DNA of 26,835 nucleotides, taken from an uncultured bacterium. Its GTDB lineage: Bacteria > Lernaellota > Lernaellaia > Lernaellales > Lernaellaceae. The stretch spans positions 1 to 26,835 of the forward strand of contig CAZHPN010000072.1 in assembly GCA_964534375.1 (NCBI GenBank), in the 5' to 3' direction. A program made the translations under genes and the position numbers. The notes beneath the pieces are model-generated. The model saw only the letters and a list, made by a program, of their open reading frames with translations, ran no database searches and was not told where the DNA came from. Shown here piece after piece: positions 1-8,584 of the stretch (the stretch's first letter is position 1; each line of letters starts with the position of its first letter).

Positions 1-17
1 TGGCAGGCGCGCGCCGC

Positions 18-46
18 TTGACACCCGCGCCCGGGCGCCGTAGCAA
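18..46 (+). promoter_or_regulatory. Possible sigma70 promoter of the exporter operon
   Basis: TTGACA at 18-23, 17-nt spacer, weak -10 TAGCAA at 41-46, ahead of ATG at 80. Confidence 0.35.
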
Positions 47-79
47 TAAAACCCGGCTGCAACCGGAAAGGCGGCGTCG

Positions 80-538
80 ATGAAAGGCCGTAAATATTGG
101 TGGGTCGCGCTGGTTCTCTGCGCCGCGGCGCCGGCGCTGGGCATGGGCGACATGGGCTTGGGCGGCGACGAAAGGGCGCCGCGGCGGCCCGGCCGCAATT
201 TCACGGCGGTGGTGGTCGACCGTCTGATGCAGACGCTGGCGGTCAGCTACGTCAACTGCGAAGGCAAGACCACCATCAAGGGGTTTCTCGGCGAGATGCA
301 GATCGAGTTGTCGTTCGACAAGATCAAGAAGGTGGACTTCACGCCCGGCGACGGCGGCTTTGCCGATGGCCGCGTCCTCTTCCGCGACGGACAGAGCAAG
401 GCGATGCGCTTCAAAGATCTCACGCGCTGCTACGGCGAAAGCGACCTCGGCAAGATGATGGTTCGCCTCAAAGACCTGAAGGCGATCGAATTCGGCGAAC
501 CGCCCCCGATCGAGGAGACCCCGGCGCCGAGAAACTGA
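80..538 (+). CDS. Hypothetical secreted/periplasmic protein (152 aa)
   Basis: N-terminal signal peptide (MKGRKYWWVALVLCAAAPALG), globular beta-rich-looking body, co-oriented with the downstream operon. Confidence 0.75.
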   Translation: MKGRKYWWVALVLCAAAPALGMGDMGLGGDERAPRRPGRNFTAVVVDRLMQTLAVSYVNCEGKTTIKGFLGEMQIELSFDKIKKVDFTPGDGGFADGRVLFRDGQSKAMRFKDLTRCYGESDLGKMMVRLKDLKAIEFGEPPPIEETPAPRN

Positions 539-586
539 CGCGCGCGCCGCGCGGGACAACTACCGGTCACAAGGAATCGCGCTCCG

Positions 587-1864
587 ATGAAAAAATCCGC
601 CCCTCGTAAACGCCTATGGATCTGGCTGACCGTCGGCATCGCGCTCGCCGCGGCGATCGGCGCCGGCGTATACTATTTCACCGGCGAAAAACCGGCGGCG
701 ATTCAGCTCGACAAAGTGACGCGCGGCCAACTGTCGCAGATCGTCACCGCCTCCGGCCGCGCCAATCCGGCGATCAAAGTCGAAATCAGCGCCAATATCT
801 CGGCGGAAATCCGCAAACTCTACGTGAAGGAAGGCGATCGCGTCGCCAAAGACCAGCCGTTGGTCCTGCTCGACAGCCGGCGCTACGAGGCGAGCAACTC
901 GCAGTCGCTGGCCGCCATGCGGGCCGCGGCGGCGCAGGTCCGCCTCGCGGCGGCCAACGCCGATCTCGCCGCAAAAACGAGAGAGCGGCAAACCGAGTTA
1001 TTCAAACAGAATATGACGAGCAAGGAAGCGCTCGACACGGCCGAGACGCAGCATGACGTCGCGACCGCCACGCTGGAAGCGGCGCGCCACGCCGTGTCGC
1101 AGGCCGAGGCCGCGCTCAACGTCACGAGCGACGATTTGTCGAAGACGCTGATCCGCTCGCCGATGGACGGCGTCATCACGCGCCTGCCGAAACAGGAAGG
1201 TGAAATGGCCATCGGCAACATGTTCACACGCGACGTGATCATGGATGTTTCCAACCCGAACGAAATCGAAGCCACGGTCGACGTGGACGAGGCCGATGTC
1301 GCCTCGCTGAAAATCGGCAACGCGGCGACGGTCAAGATCGACGCCCTGCCGGGCAAAAAATTCGACGGCAAAGTCATCGAAATCGCCGGCAGCGCAAAAA
1401 TCAACCAACTCGGCACCCAGGAGCAGACCGTCAGCTTCGAGGTCAAGGTGCTGCTGTCCGGCGACACCGCCGCGATCCGCCCGGGCATGAGCGCCACCGC
1501 CGAGATTGTCACCGCGACCAAGGAAGACGTGCTGCAGGCGCCGATCCAGTGCGTCACGATGCGCGACCCCGAAGCGCTCGCAAAACTCGCCGACAAAAAG
1601 CACAAGAAAACCGGCGGCGACGCCGACCTTGGCATCAGCAGCGATATGAACAAGATGAAAGAAATGGTGTTCGCCGTCCGCGACGGCCGGGTGCAGCCGA
1701 TCTGGGTGAAGCCCGGCATCAGTTCCGACACTCACATCGAACTGACCGGCGACGGCCTCGCCGAAGGCCAGGAGTTGGCCTGCGGACCGTTCAAGACCGT
1801 GAATCGCGAGTTGAAGCCGGGAGACAGGGTAGAAGTGAAGGCGGAGAAGGGACCGGGGAAGTAG
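587..1864 (+). CDS. Efflux RND/ABC transporter periplasmic adaptor (MacA/HlyD-like membrane fusion protein)
   Basis: N-terminal TM anchor, lipoyl-like halves (LYVKEGDRVAKDQPL, IRSPMDGVI), alpha-helical hairpin, VDEADV and IRPGMSA motifs. Confidence 0.93.
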   Translation: MKKSAPRKRLWIWLTVGIALAAAIGAGVYYFTGEKPAAIQLDKVTRGQLSQIVTASGRANPAIKVEISANISAEIRKLYVKEGDRVAKDQPLVLLDSRRYEASNSQSLAAMRAAAAQVRLAAANADLAAKTRERQTELFKQNMTSKEALDTAETQHDVATATLEAARHAVSQAEAALNVTSDDLSKTLIRSPMDGVITRLPKQEGEMAIGNMFTRDVIMDVSNPNEIEATVDVDEADVASLKIGNAATVKIDALPGKKFDGKVIEIAGSAKINQLGTQEQTVSFEVKVLLSGDTAAIRPGMSATAEIVTATKEDVLQAPIQCVTMRDPEALAKLADKKHKKTGGDADLGISSDMNKMKEMVFAVRDGRVQPIWVKPGISSDTHIELTGDGLAEGQELACGPFKTVNRELKPGDRVEVKAEKGPGK

Positions 1865-1887
1865 TCAGTAGACAGTAGCCAGTAGTT
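1860..1887 (+). repeat. Heptamer tandem array A (AGTAGNN x4) overlapping the adaptor gene stop codon
   Basis: AGTAGTC AGTAGAC AGTAGCC AGTAGTT; TAG stop at 1862-1864 lies inside unit 1. Confidence 0.9.
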
Positions 1888-1968
1888 GCACGCGGACGCT
1901 GGTCGCAGAGGCAAAGATGAATAAGTCGTCAAATTTTTATTTTGGCGACCAATTCTCGCGGACAAATG

Positions 1969-1998
1969 CTGACTACTGACTACTGATTCCTGGCTACT
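1969..1998 (-). repeat. Heptamer tandem array B, inverted relative to A
   Basis: CTGACTA CTGACTA CTGATTC CTGGCTA CT; reverse complement matches array A. Confidence 0.88.
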
Positions 1999-2017
1999 CA
2001 CCCCTCAAGGAGCCAAC

Positions 2018-2383
2018 ATGGGCGAGAGGTCGAAGAGATTTCAGGACGTGCCCGTGTGGCAAAAAGCGCACACGTTTGTATTGCGCATATATGAAGTTTC
2101 GGCCGGGTTTCCCAAGACCGAAACATACGGGCTCACCTCTCAGCTTCGCCGATCCGCCGTCTCAATCGCCGCAAACATCGCCGAAGGGTTTCGCAAGCGG
2201 TCGCGGTTGGACAAGACGCGCTTCTACAATATTGCGCAAGGCTCACTCGAAGAAACACGTTATTATCTAATTCTCGCCCACGACTTGGGCTATTGCGATT
2301 CCGAAGACCTGCACGCGTTTCTCGACGAAGTGAGCAAATTGCTCGAAGCGTACTCACGAGCTGTCGCCAATGCGCACTCCTAA
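2018..2383 (+). CDS. Four helix bundle protein (23S rRNA intervening-sequence protein family, TIGR02436-like)
   Basis: Signature FQDVPVWQKAH...FPKTETYGLTSQLRRSAVSIAANIAEGF...FYNIAQGSLEETRYYLILAHDLGY; RBS AAGGAG at 2007-2012. Confidence 0.95.
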   Translation: MGERSKRFQDVPVWQKAHTFVLRIYEVSAGFPKTETYGLTSQLRRSAVSIAANIAEGFRKRSRLDKTRFYNIAQGSLEETRYYLILAHDLGYCDSEDLHAFLDEVSKLLEAYSRAVANAHS

Positions 2384-2444
2384 GCCCGTGGTCGCCGCGC
2401 CCAATCTGGCGGTCGCCATTCCCCCGCGCCGCCCGGCGCGCGTC

Positions 2445-2476
2445 CTACTGACTACTGCCTACTGCCTACTGTCTAC
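2445..2476 (-). repeat. Heptamer tandem array C (CTACTGN x4.5), direct to B and inverted to A
   Basis: CTACTGA CTACTGC CTACTGC CTACTGT CTAC. Confidence 0.9.
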
Positions 2477-2494
2477 GGCCCCCGGAGCCTTCCC

Positions 2495-3187
2495 GTGCCC
2501 CTGATTGAATGCCGCGATCTTCGCAAGAACTACCAAATGGGCGGCGAGACCGTGCACGCCCTGAAGGGCCTCAACCTGGCCATCGAAAAGGGCGAATACG
2601 TGGCGATCATGGGGCCGTCCGGCTCCGGCAAATCGACGCTGATGAACATGCTCGGCTGCCTCGATACGCCGTCCGCAGGCGCATACCTGCTCGATGGCGA
2701 GCGCGTCGATGAAATGACCGACGACGAACTTGCCGACATCCGCAACATGAAGATCGGCTTCGTTTTTCAAACGTTCAATTTGCTCGCGCGCGCCACCGCC
2801 CAGGCCAACGTCGAGTTGCCGCTGATTTACGCCGGCGTCCCGGCGCACGAGCGCCGCGTGCGCGCGCGGGACGCGCTGGCCAAGGTGGGACTGGCCGACC
2901 GCGTCGGGCACCGGCCGAATGAAATGTCGGGCGGCGAGCGCCAGCGGGTGGCGATGGCCCGCGCCTTTGTGACCGAGCCGCAATTGATTTTGGCCGACGA
3001 GCCGACAGGCAACCTCGACACGCACACCAGTTGGGAAATCATGGACTTGCTGAAGGACATTCACGCGCGCGGCAACACGATCATTCTGGTGACGCACGAG
3101 GATGACATCAGCCGCTACGCCCGGCGCATTGTGCGGCTGCGCGACGGCGTCGTGGAAACCGACGCGCCGAACGCCGACCCGAAATGA
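2495..3187 (+). CDS. ABC transporter ATP-binding protein (MacB/LolD family)
   Basis: Walker [10 protein letters not shown], signature MSGGERQR, Walker [13 protein letters not shown]-loop VTHE; GTG start with GGAG RBS. Confidence 0.96.
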   Translation: MPLIECRDLRKNYQMGGETVHALKGLNLAIEKGEYVAIMGPSGSGKSTLMNMLGCLDTPSAGAYLLDGERVDEMTDDELADIRNMKIGFVFQTFNLLARATAQANVELPLIYAGVPAHERRVRARDALAKVGLADRVGHRPNEMSGGERQRVAMARAFVTEPQLILADEPTGNLDTHTSWEIMDLLKDIHARGNTIILVTHEDDISRYARRIVRLRDGVVETDAPNADPK

Positions 3188-4401
3188 CCCGCTGGCGCGA
3201 CATCTTCGTCATGGCGTTGTCCGCGTTGCGGGCGAATTCGATGCGTTCGCTCTTGACGACGCTGGGCATCGTCATCGGCATTACGACGATTATCGCGATC
3301 GTGTCGATTGTCGCCGGCCTCAACTACTCGTTCGCGAACCAGCTTTCGGCGATCGGCCAGGGCGTGCTGTACGTGCAGAAATTTCCCTGGGCGAGCAACG
3401 ATTGGCGCAAGTTCCGCGCGTATCCCGACATTTACTGGAAGGAATATTACGCCATCGCGGGCGAGGCGACGGGCGTCGCCGGCCTCAGCCCGCTGCTGAG
3501 CGACATGAAGACGATCAAGTTCGAGGACCGCAAGATCGAGCGCATTCAGGTGCTCGGCGTCAACGAGCAGTACGCGATCATCCGCAACGTGTTCCCCGAG
3601 ACGGGCCGCAATTTCACGGCGCTGGACGTGGCGCATGGCCGCTATGTTTGCATTCTGGGCTACGAGGTGGCGGAGCGGCTGTTCGGCCTGCGCGACCCGA
3701 TCGGCCGCCGCATTCGCATCGGCGAAAACTCGTTCGAGGTGATCGGCGTCATTTCCAAGCGCGGGGATTTCTTCGACCAGAACCTCGACCAGTTCGTCAT
3801 GCTGCCGCACACGGTTTTCGTGAAGACGATTCGCGCCGAGCGGCGCTATTTCTCGATCGGCGTCAAGGTCGCCGACACGACCCAAATCGGCGTGGTCAAA
3901 GAACAGATCCGCGGCATTCTGCGGCGCGTCCGCAAAGTGCCGTTCAACAAGCCCGACAATTTTTCGATCAACGAGGTCGATCTCTTGCGCGACCTGTACG
4001 AGAAATTGACCGGCGGCCTTTACGCGGCGATGTTCGCCGTCGCCGGCATTTCGCTGCTGGTCGGCGGCATCGGCATCATGAACATCATGCTGGTTTCCGT
4101 CACCGAACGGACGCGCGAAATCGGCGTGCGCAAAGCGCTCGGCGCGCGGCGGCGTTCGATTCTGCTGCAATTCCTGTTCGAAGCGATGCTGATTTCATCG
4201 GCCGGCGGCGTGCTCGGCGTGCTGCTCGGCGCTCTCGCGGCGCATTTGGTCGATCGCTTCACCTCGCTGCCCGCGCGGGTCGAAACGTGGAGCGCGGTGC
4301 TCGGCCTGGCGTTTTCCAGCGCCGTCGGGATTTTCTTCGGGCTGTTCCCGGCGCGCGCGGCGGCGAAGAAGGATCCGATTGAAGCTCTTCGTTACGAGTA
4401 G
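3184..4401 (+). CDS. ABC transporter permease (MacB-PCD/FtsX family)
   Basis: [53 protein letters not shown] overlap with the ATPase. Confidence 0.95.
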   Translation: MTRWRDIFVMALSALRANSMRSLLTTLGIVIGITTIIAIVSIVAGLNYSFANQLSAIGQGVLYVQKFPWASNDWRKFRAYPDIYWKEYYAIAGEATGVAGLSPLLSDMKTIKFEDRKIERIQVLGVNEQYAIIRNVFPETGRNFTALDVAHGRYVCILGYEVAERLFGLRDPIGRRIRIGENSFEVIGVISKRGDFFDQNLDQFVMLPHTVFVKTIRAERRYFSIGVKVADTTQIGVVKEQIRGILRRVRKVPFNKPDNFSINEVDLLRDLYEKLTGGLYAAMFAVAGISLLVGGIGIMNIMLVSVTERTREIGVRKALGARRRSILLQFLFEAMLISSAGGVLGVLLGALAAHLVDRFTSLPARVETWSAVLGLAFSSAVGIFFGLFPARAAAKKDPIEALRYE

Positions 4402-4496
4402 GGGCGCTGCTTGCTGCGCCCACCTTCGGCCGCGCCTCGCGCGGGCGAGCGCCAATCGCCAAACCGCGATCGGGGCGCGGCAAGCGGCGCCCCTAC
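4398..4496. repeat. GTAG-family REP inverted doublet (REPIN/BIME-like)
   Basis: GTAGGGGCGCTGCTTGCTGCGCCC (4398-4421) and GGGCGCGGCAAGCGGCGCCCCTAC (4473-4496): 24-bp inverted repeats with 2 mismatches, each an internal palindrome with a GTAG head. Confidence 0.85.
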
Positions 4497-4518
4497 GCAC
4501 GGAATTTCGGGGCCCACA

Positions 4519-5775
4519 ATGACCCCGAAGCGCCTCAAACGCCGCATCAGCCTGATCGAGAACTTCATAATCGCCCTGCGGTCGATCGGCTCGGCGAAGT
4601 TGCGCGCGGGGCTGACGAGCCTGGGCATTATCATCGGCGTCGCCACGGTCATTTCGATGATGACCATTGTCGGCGGAATCGATCAGATCGTCGTCAAGGA
4701 ATTTTCGCGCGTCGGCGCCGACGTGTTCATCCTGCAAAAATATCCGGCGATCGCGATCACGATGGATTGGAACAAGTTCCGCAATCGCAAAGACCTCAAG
4801 CTCGAAGACGCGGAGGCGATCAAGCGCGCCTGCCCGTCGATCGATTTGGTCAGCCCCATCGTCTACAACTGGATGGGCGACGTCGTGCGCGGCGAAGGCC
4901 GCAAGACCGACGCCGACGTGCAAATCGCTTCGGTCACCGACAGCTACCTCGCCGTGGCCGGCCAGAGCCTCGACCTCGGCCGCAATTTCACGCCGCAGGA
5001 GTCGGCCGACGGCACGCGCGTCGCGATCCTCGGCTACGACATCATGGAAAAGCTCTTCCCCTACGGGAGTCCGATCGACCGTTACCTGATGGTGCACGGC
5101 GACCGCTTCCGCATCATCGGCCTCGCCGAGCGGCAGGGCGCCATTTTCGGCGAAAGCCGCGACAATTTCGTGGCCATCCCGCTAGCGGCTTACACGCGAA
5201 AGTGGGAAATCAAAGACCTGATGAACATTTACCTGAAGGCGAAAAAAGGCGCGTCGGTCGAGGCGGCGATGGACGAAGTGCGCGGCGTGATGCGCGTCCG
5301 GCACAAGCTCAAGCTGACCGACCCGGACGATTTCGAACTCGTCACGCGCGACAGCCTGATGAACACCTACCAGAGCCTGACCGGCTCGATCTTCGTCGCG
5401 GCGATCGGGATTGCCGCCATTTCGCTGCTCGTCGGCGGCATCGGCATCATGAACATCATGCTGGTTTCGGTGCGCGAACGCACGCGCGAAATCGGCGTCC
5501 GCAAAGCGCTCGGCGCGCGGCGGCGCGACATCTCGCGGCAATTCCTGATCGAATCGATCACGCTGTCGTTGATCGGCGCCGCCGTCGGCATCGCGCTCGC
5601 GTTCGGCCTGCTCATGCTCGTGCGCAACCTCACGGACAAATTGCCGATTTCGTTTGCGGCGGACAGCGTTGTTCTCGCGGTCGGCTTCGCGGTGGCCGTC
5701 GGCGTGTTCTTCGGCGTCTACCCGGCCCGCAAGGCGGCGCTGCTCGATCCGATCGAGGCGCTACGGTATGAATAA
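4519..5775 (+). CDS. Second ABC transporter permease (MacB-PCD/FtsX family)
   Basis: Same motifs as the first permease; start moved from 4411 to ATG 4519 because the ORF extension runs through the REP doublet. Confidence 0.93.
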   Translation: MTPKRLKRRISLIENFIIALRSIGSAKLRAGLTSLGIIIGVATVISMMTIVGGIDQIVVKEFSRVGADVFILQKYPAIAITMDWNKFRNRKDLKLEDAEAIKRACPSIDLVSPIVYNWMGDVVRGEGRKTDADVQIASVTDSYLAVAGQSLDLGRNFTPQESADGTRVAILGYDIMEKLFPYGSPIDRYLMVHGDRFRIIGLAERQGAIFGESRDNFVAIPLAAYTRKWEIKDLMNIYLKAKKGASVEAAMDEVRGVMRVRHKLKLTDPDDFELVTRDSLMNTYQSLTGSIFVAAIGIAAISLLVGGIGIMNIMLVSVRERTREIGVRKALGARRRDISRQFLIESITLSLIGAAVGIALAFGLLMLVRNLTDKLPISFAADSVVLAVGFAVAVGVFFGVYPARKAALLDPIEALRYE

Positions 5776-5815
5776 TAACCGGCGCCAAAATGGCTGGCCC
5801 TGGCGAAAAGAGCAG

Positions 5816-5836
5816 GCCTTGCGCCGGGCGCAAGGC
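5816..5836. terminator. Hairpin between convergent genes, likely terminator of the aminotransferase gene
   Basis: GCCTTGCGCC-G-GGCGCAAGGC inverted repeat; short T-run follows on the minus strand. Confidence 0.5.
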
Positions 5837-5842
5837 GCTGAT

Positions 5843-6697
5843 TCAGATCCCCTGCTGGTCGACCCATTCGCGAAAGAGCGCCAGGATCCGTCGCGACATG
5901 GGTCCGGGGCGGCCGTCGCCGACCGCCCGGCCGTCGATGCGCACCACCGGCATCACCTCGGTCGTGGTTCCGGACAGAAAGACTTCGTCCGCGGCCATCA
6001 TTTGTGTCTGGGACACGGCTTTCTCGACAACTTTCAATCCCGAGTCCCGCATCAAGCGCAGCCAGGCGTTACGCGTGACGCCCGACAAAATGCGTTCGTT
6101 CGCCGGGTGCGTCCAAACGGCGCCGTCGCACACGACGAACAAGTTGGCGGCCGTGGCCTCCCGCGCCTCGCCGTCGGGGCCGATGAAAATGGCTTCGAAG
6201 CAATCCTGTTCGCAGGCGTCCTGTTTCGCCAGACAATTCGGCAACAGGTTGATGGTTTTGATGTCCACCCGGCCCCACCGGTTGTCCGGGCGGGTCAGGC
6301 AGGCGACGCCGTCCGCGAAAAACTGGGGCGACAGCGGGTGCAGTTCCCGCACGGTGATCACGACGTTCGGCGCGACGGGCGGCTGCGGAAACGCGTGGTT
6401 GCGGGGGGCCGCCCCGCGCGTGATTTGCAGGTAGATCTTGGCGTCGGCCAACGCCGCGGCATTGCAGAGGCGGTGAATTTCCGCGGCGACCGGCGGCATC
6501 GCCACGTCGCTCATCCGCACCTGGTCGAGGCTGCGCCGCAGCCGCGCCAGATGCTCGTCGAGAAACAGAAGTTTGCCGCGGCGCGCGACGATCACCTCGT
6601 ACACGCCGTCGCCGAGCAGAAAGCCGCGGTCGTCAATTGAAATGCACGCCTCGCCGATCGGCGAAATCTTTCCGTTTACCGACGCCAGTTCGGGCAT
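5843..6697 (-). CDS. dat: PLP-dependent class IV aminotransferase (D-amino-acid transaminase-like)
   Basis: DRGFLLGDGVYEV, YLQITRG, R-H-FP motif, catalytic IKTINLL, ILSGVTR, DEVFLSGTTTEVMPV. Confidence 0.85.
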   Translation of the reverse strand: MPELASVNGKISPIGEACISIDDRGFLLGDGVYEVIVARRGKLLFLDEHLARLRRSLDQVRMSDVAMPPVAAEIHRLCNAAALADAKIYLQITRGAAPRNHAFPQPPVAPNVVITVRELHPLSPQFFADGVACLTRPDNRWGRVDIKTINLLPNCLAKQDACEQDCFEAIFIGPDGEAREATAANLFVVCDGAVWTHPANERILSGVTRNAWLRLMRDSGLKVVEKAVSQTQMMAADEVFLSGTTTEVMPVVRIDGRAVGDGRPGPMSRRILALFREWVDQQGI

Positions 6698-6845
6698 GTC
6701 GCCGTTCCTTTCGCAAATAGACGCGCGAGTTTAGTATTTGCGACGGGCGCGGGCAATCGGCGACCGCGGGGAGCGGCGATTTTTTTCGACGCGCGTCAGG
6801 CGATTGCCGGCGCTGACGCCGCGGCAAAACGACGCCCGGCGCCAT

Positions 6846-6974
6846 CGCGGCCTTGACGATCTGCGCAAAACACGCAATAAGAGTCGTGCGACTCTTGGTT
6901 GTCTGACAAAAACGAATTGGCACGCCACTCAATTTTCCCCTGGAGCGTCTCTAGCGCCCAAGCGAGGAGCCGTA
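6846..6974 (+). promoter_or_regulatory. Upstream regulatory region of lipoprotein 1 (duplicated at about 8456-8584)
   Basis: TTGACG at 6853, palindromes AAGAGTCG-TG-CGACTCTT (6879-6896) and TTGTC-T-GACAA (6899-6909), RBS GAGGAG; aligns with the copy before lipoprotein 2. Confidence 0.55.
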
Positions 6975-8336
6975 ATGAAGACTACCCCCCTAGTGTTGGC
7001 AATTTTACTTTGCCTCGTTCTCGCGGCGGCCGGCGTCGCGGGTTGCGCGACGAGCAGCAGCAGCAGCAGCAAGGGCGACGATGACGTCACCCCGGCGGAT
7101 GACGACGACAACGACAACGACGACGCCACCCCGGACGACGACGACGACGCCTCGCCTGACGACGACGACAACGACGACAATGACGCGTCCCCGGATGACG
7201 ACGACAACGACGACAACGACGCGAGCCCGGACGACGACGACGACGACGATGACGATTCCTCCCCCATCGAGATCATTCTTGACGACGGCAGCGCGAATAC
7301 CGGCGTCTATATGAGCGCCGCCAACACGGATCTGGTGCAGGGCTTCTTCCTCAAGCATCACCCGGCGAAACTTTTGTCCGCGCAGATTTACGTGTTCGGC
7401 ACGCAGGGCGCGACGAATCAGGTGGAGCTCGTCGTCTACTATTCCACGGCCACCAAGGGAACGGGGCCGGGGTCGACCACTCCGGTCTACTTATCCGCCC
7501 CGTTCACCGTGGCGACGACGGACGGCTGGAATGAGTTCGATCTGAGCGACGTCGTGGAACTGCAAACGCCCGTCGCAACCGGGGAACTCTACGTCGGCTT
7601 CGCCTACACGGTGGCCGGCACTGGCCCCTCGATCGGGCTCGATGAACAGGGTCTGCCGAACAACGACGCGTGGTATCAAGGCGGCGGCACGTGGTACAAC
7701 GTCGACGCGAACGCCGGTTACCCCGGCGTGCTGATGGTGCGCCCGACCGTCGAATACGAAGGCTCCGGCGACGACGACACGACCGACGATGACGACGACA
7801 ACGACGACGACGACGACTCGTCGCCGGCCGATGACGACGCCACCCCGGTGATCGGCTACGCCACGGGGGACACCATGCCGGACTTCACCGAGATGTCCAA
7901 CAGCGGCGCCAACGTCTCGTTGACCGATTTCAAGGGCAAAATCATTTTGCTCGACTCGTCGGCTATGTGGTGCCCGGGATGCAAAGCCGAGACACCGGAC
8001 CTCGAGACCGAATTCTACACGCCCTATCAAGACACCGGCCCCGGGTTGATGGTCCTGCAATTGCTCGGCCAAGACGTGTCGGGCAACACGCCGACCGTCG
8101 CCGAAATGCAATCGTGGGCGACGACCTACGGCCTGACCTTCCCCGTGCTCGCGGACGCGGATTGGAAGGTCGGCGGCCCGATCGGCGACAACCTGATTCC
8201 GTTCTATTGGGTTCTCGATTCGAACCTCAAGATCGTCGCAAAGTCGGATGACCCCGACACGGGCTGCGCGCAAAACCATTGCATGCTGTCATATTTCCTG
8301 CCGATCGTCCAAAAGCTTTTGGGCGTGGACGAATAG
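6975..8336 (+). CDS. Lipoprotein: Asp-rich linker, central putative beta-sandwich domain, Asp-rich linker, C-terminal TlpA/redoxin domain (WCPGC)
   Basis: RBS GAGGAG; lipobox VAGC; SPDDDDND repeats; PDFT...VSLTDFKGKIILLDSSAMWCPGC and IPFYWVLD of a thioredoxin-like redoxin. Confidence 0.88.
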   Translation: MKTTPLVLAILLCLVLAAAGVAGCATSSSSSSKGDDDVTPADDDDNDNDDATPDDDDDASPDDDDNDDNDASPDDDDNDDNDASPDDDDDDDDDSSPIEIILDDGSANTGVYMSAANTDLVQGFFLKHHPAKLLSAQIYVFGTQGATNQVELVVYYSTATKGTGPGSTTPVYLSAPFTVATTDGWNEFDLSDVVELQTPVATGELYVGFAYTVAGTGPSIGLDEQGLPNNDAWYQGGGTWYNVDANAGYPGVLMVRPTVEYEGSGDDDTTDDDDDNDDDDDSSPADDDATPVIGYATGDTMPDFTEMSNSGANVSLTDFKGKIILLDSSAMWCPGCKAETPDLETEFYTPYQDTGPGLMVLQLLGQDVSGNTPTVAEMQSWATTYGLTFPVLADADWKVGGPIGDNLIPFYWVLDSNLKIVAKSDDPDTGCAQNHCMLSYFLPIVQKLLGVDE

Positions 8337-8370
8337 GGCCGGCAAGCGAGGCGATTTCGCAAAACTCCAG

Positions 8371-8400
8371 GGCGGGCCGAGCGGCCCGCCTTTCTTGTTT
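8371..8400 (+). terminator. Rho-independent terminator
   Basis: GGCGGGCCG-AG-CGGCCCGCC followed by TTTCTTGTTT. Confidence 0.8.
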
Positions 8401-8584
8401 CGAACGAAAGGCCCCGACGCGTTCGCGTTCGCACGCGGTCTGCTCGATCGGCGACCGCGGCCTTGACGGACTTTTGCAAACACGCGATAAATTCCTCGCG
8501 ACTTTTGGCTGTCTGACAGCAGAGAAATGGCGGTTCATTCAATGTATGCCTGAGGCGTTTCTGGCGCCCAAACGAGGAGCCGTA

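Noticed and set aside
4411..4518. N-terminal extension of the second permease
   Set aside because: Translates the REP doublet; homology with the first permease begins after ATG 4519
6917..6933. Sigma54 promoter from TTGGCACG before lipoprotein 1
   Set aside because: The -12 position reads TCAA instead of TTGC, and the motif is not kept in the duplicated copy
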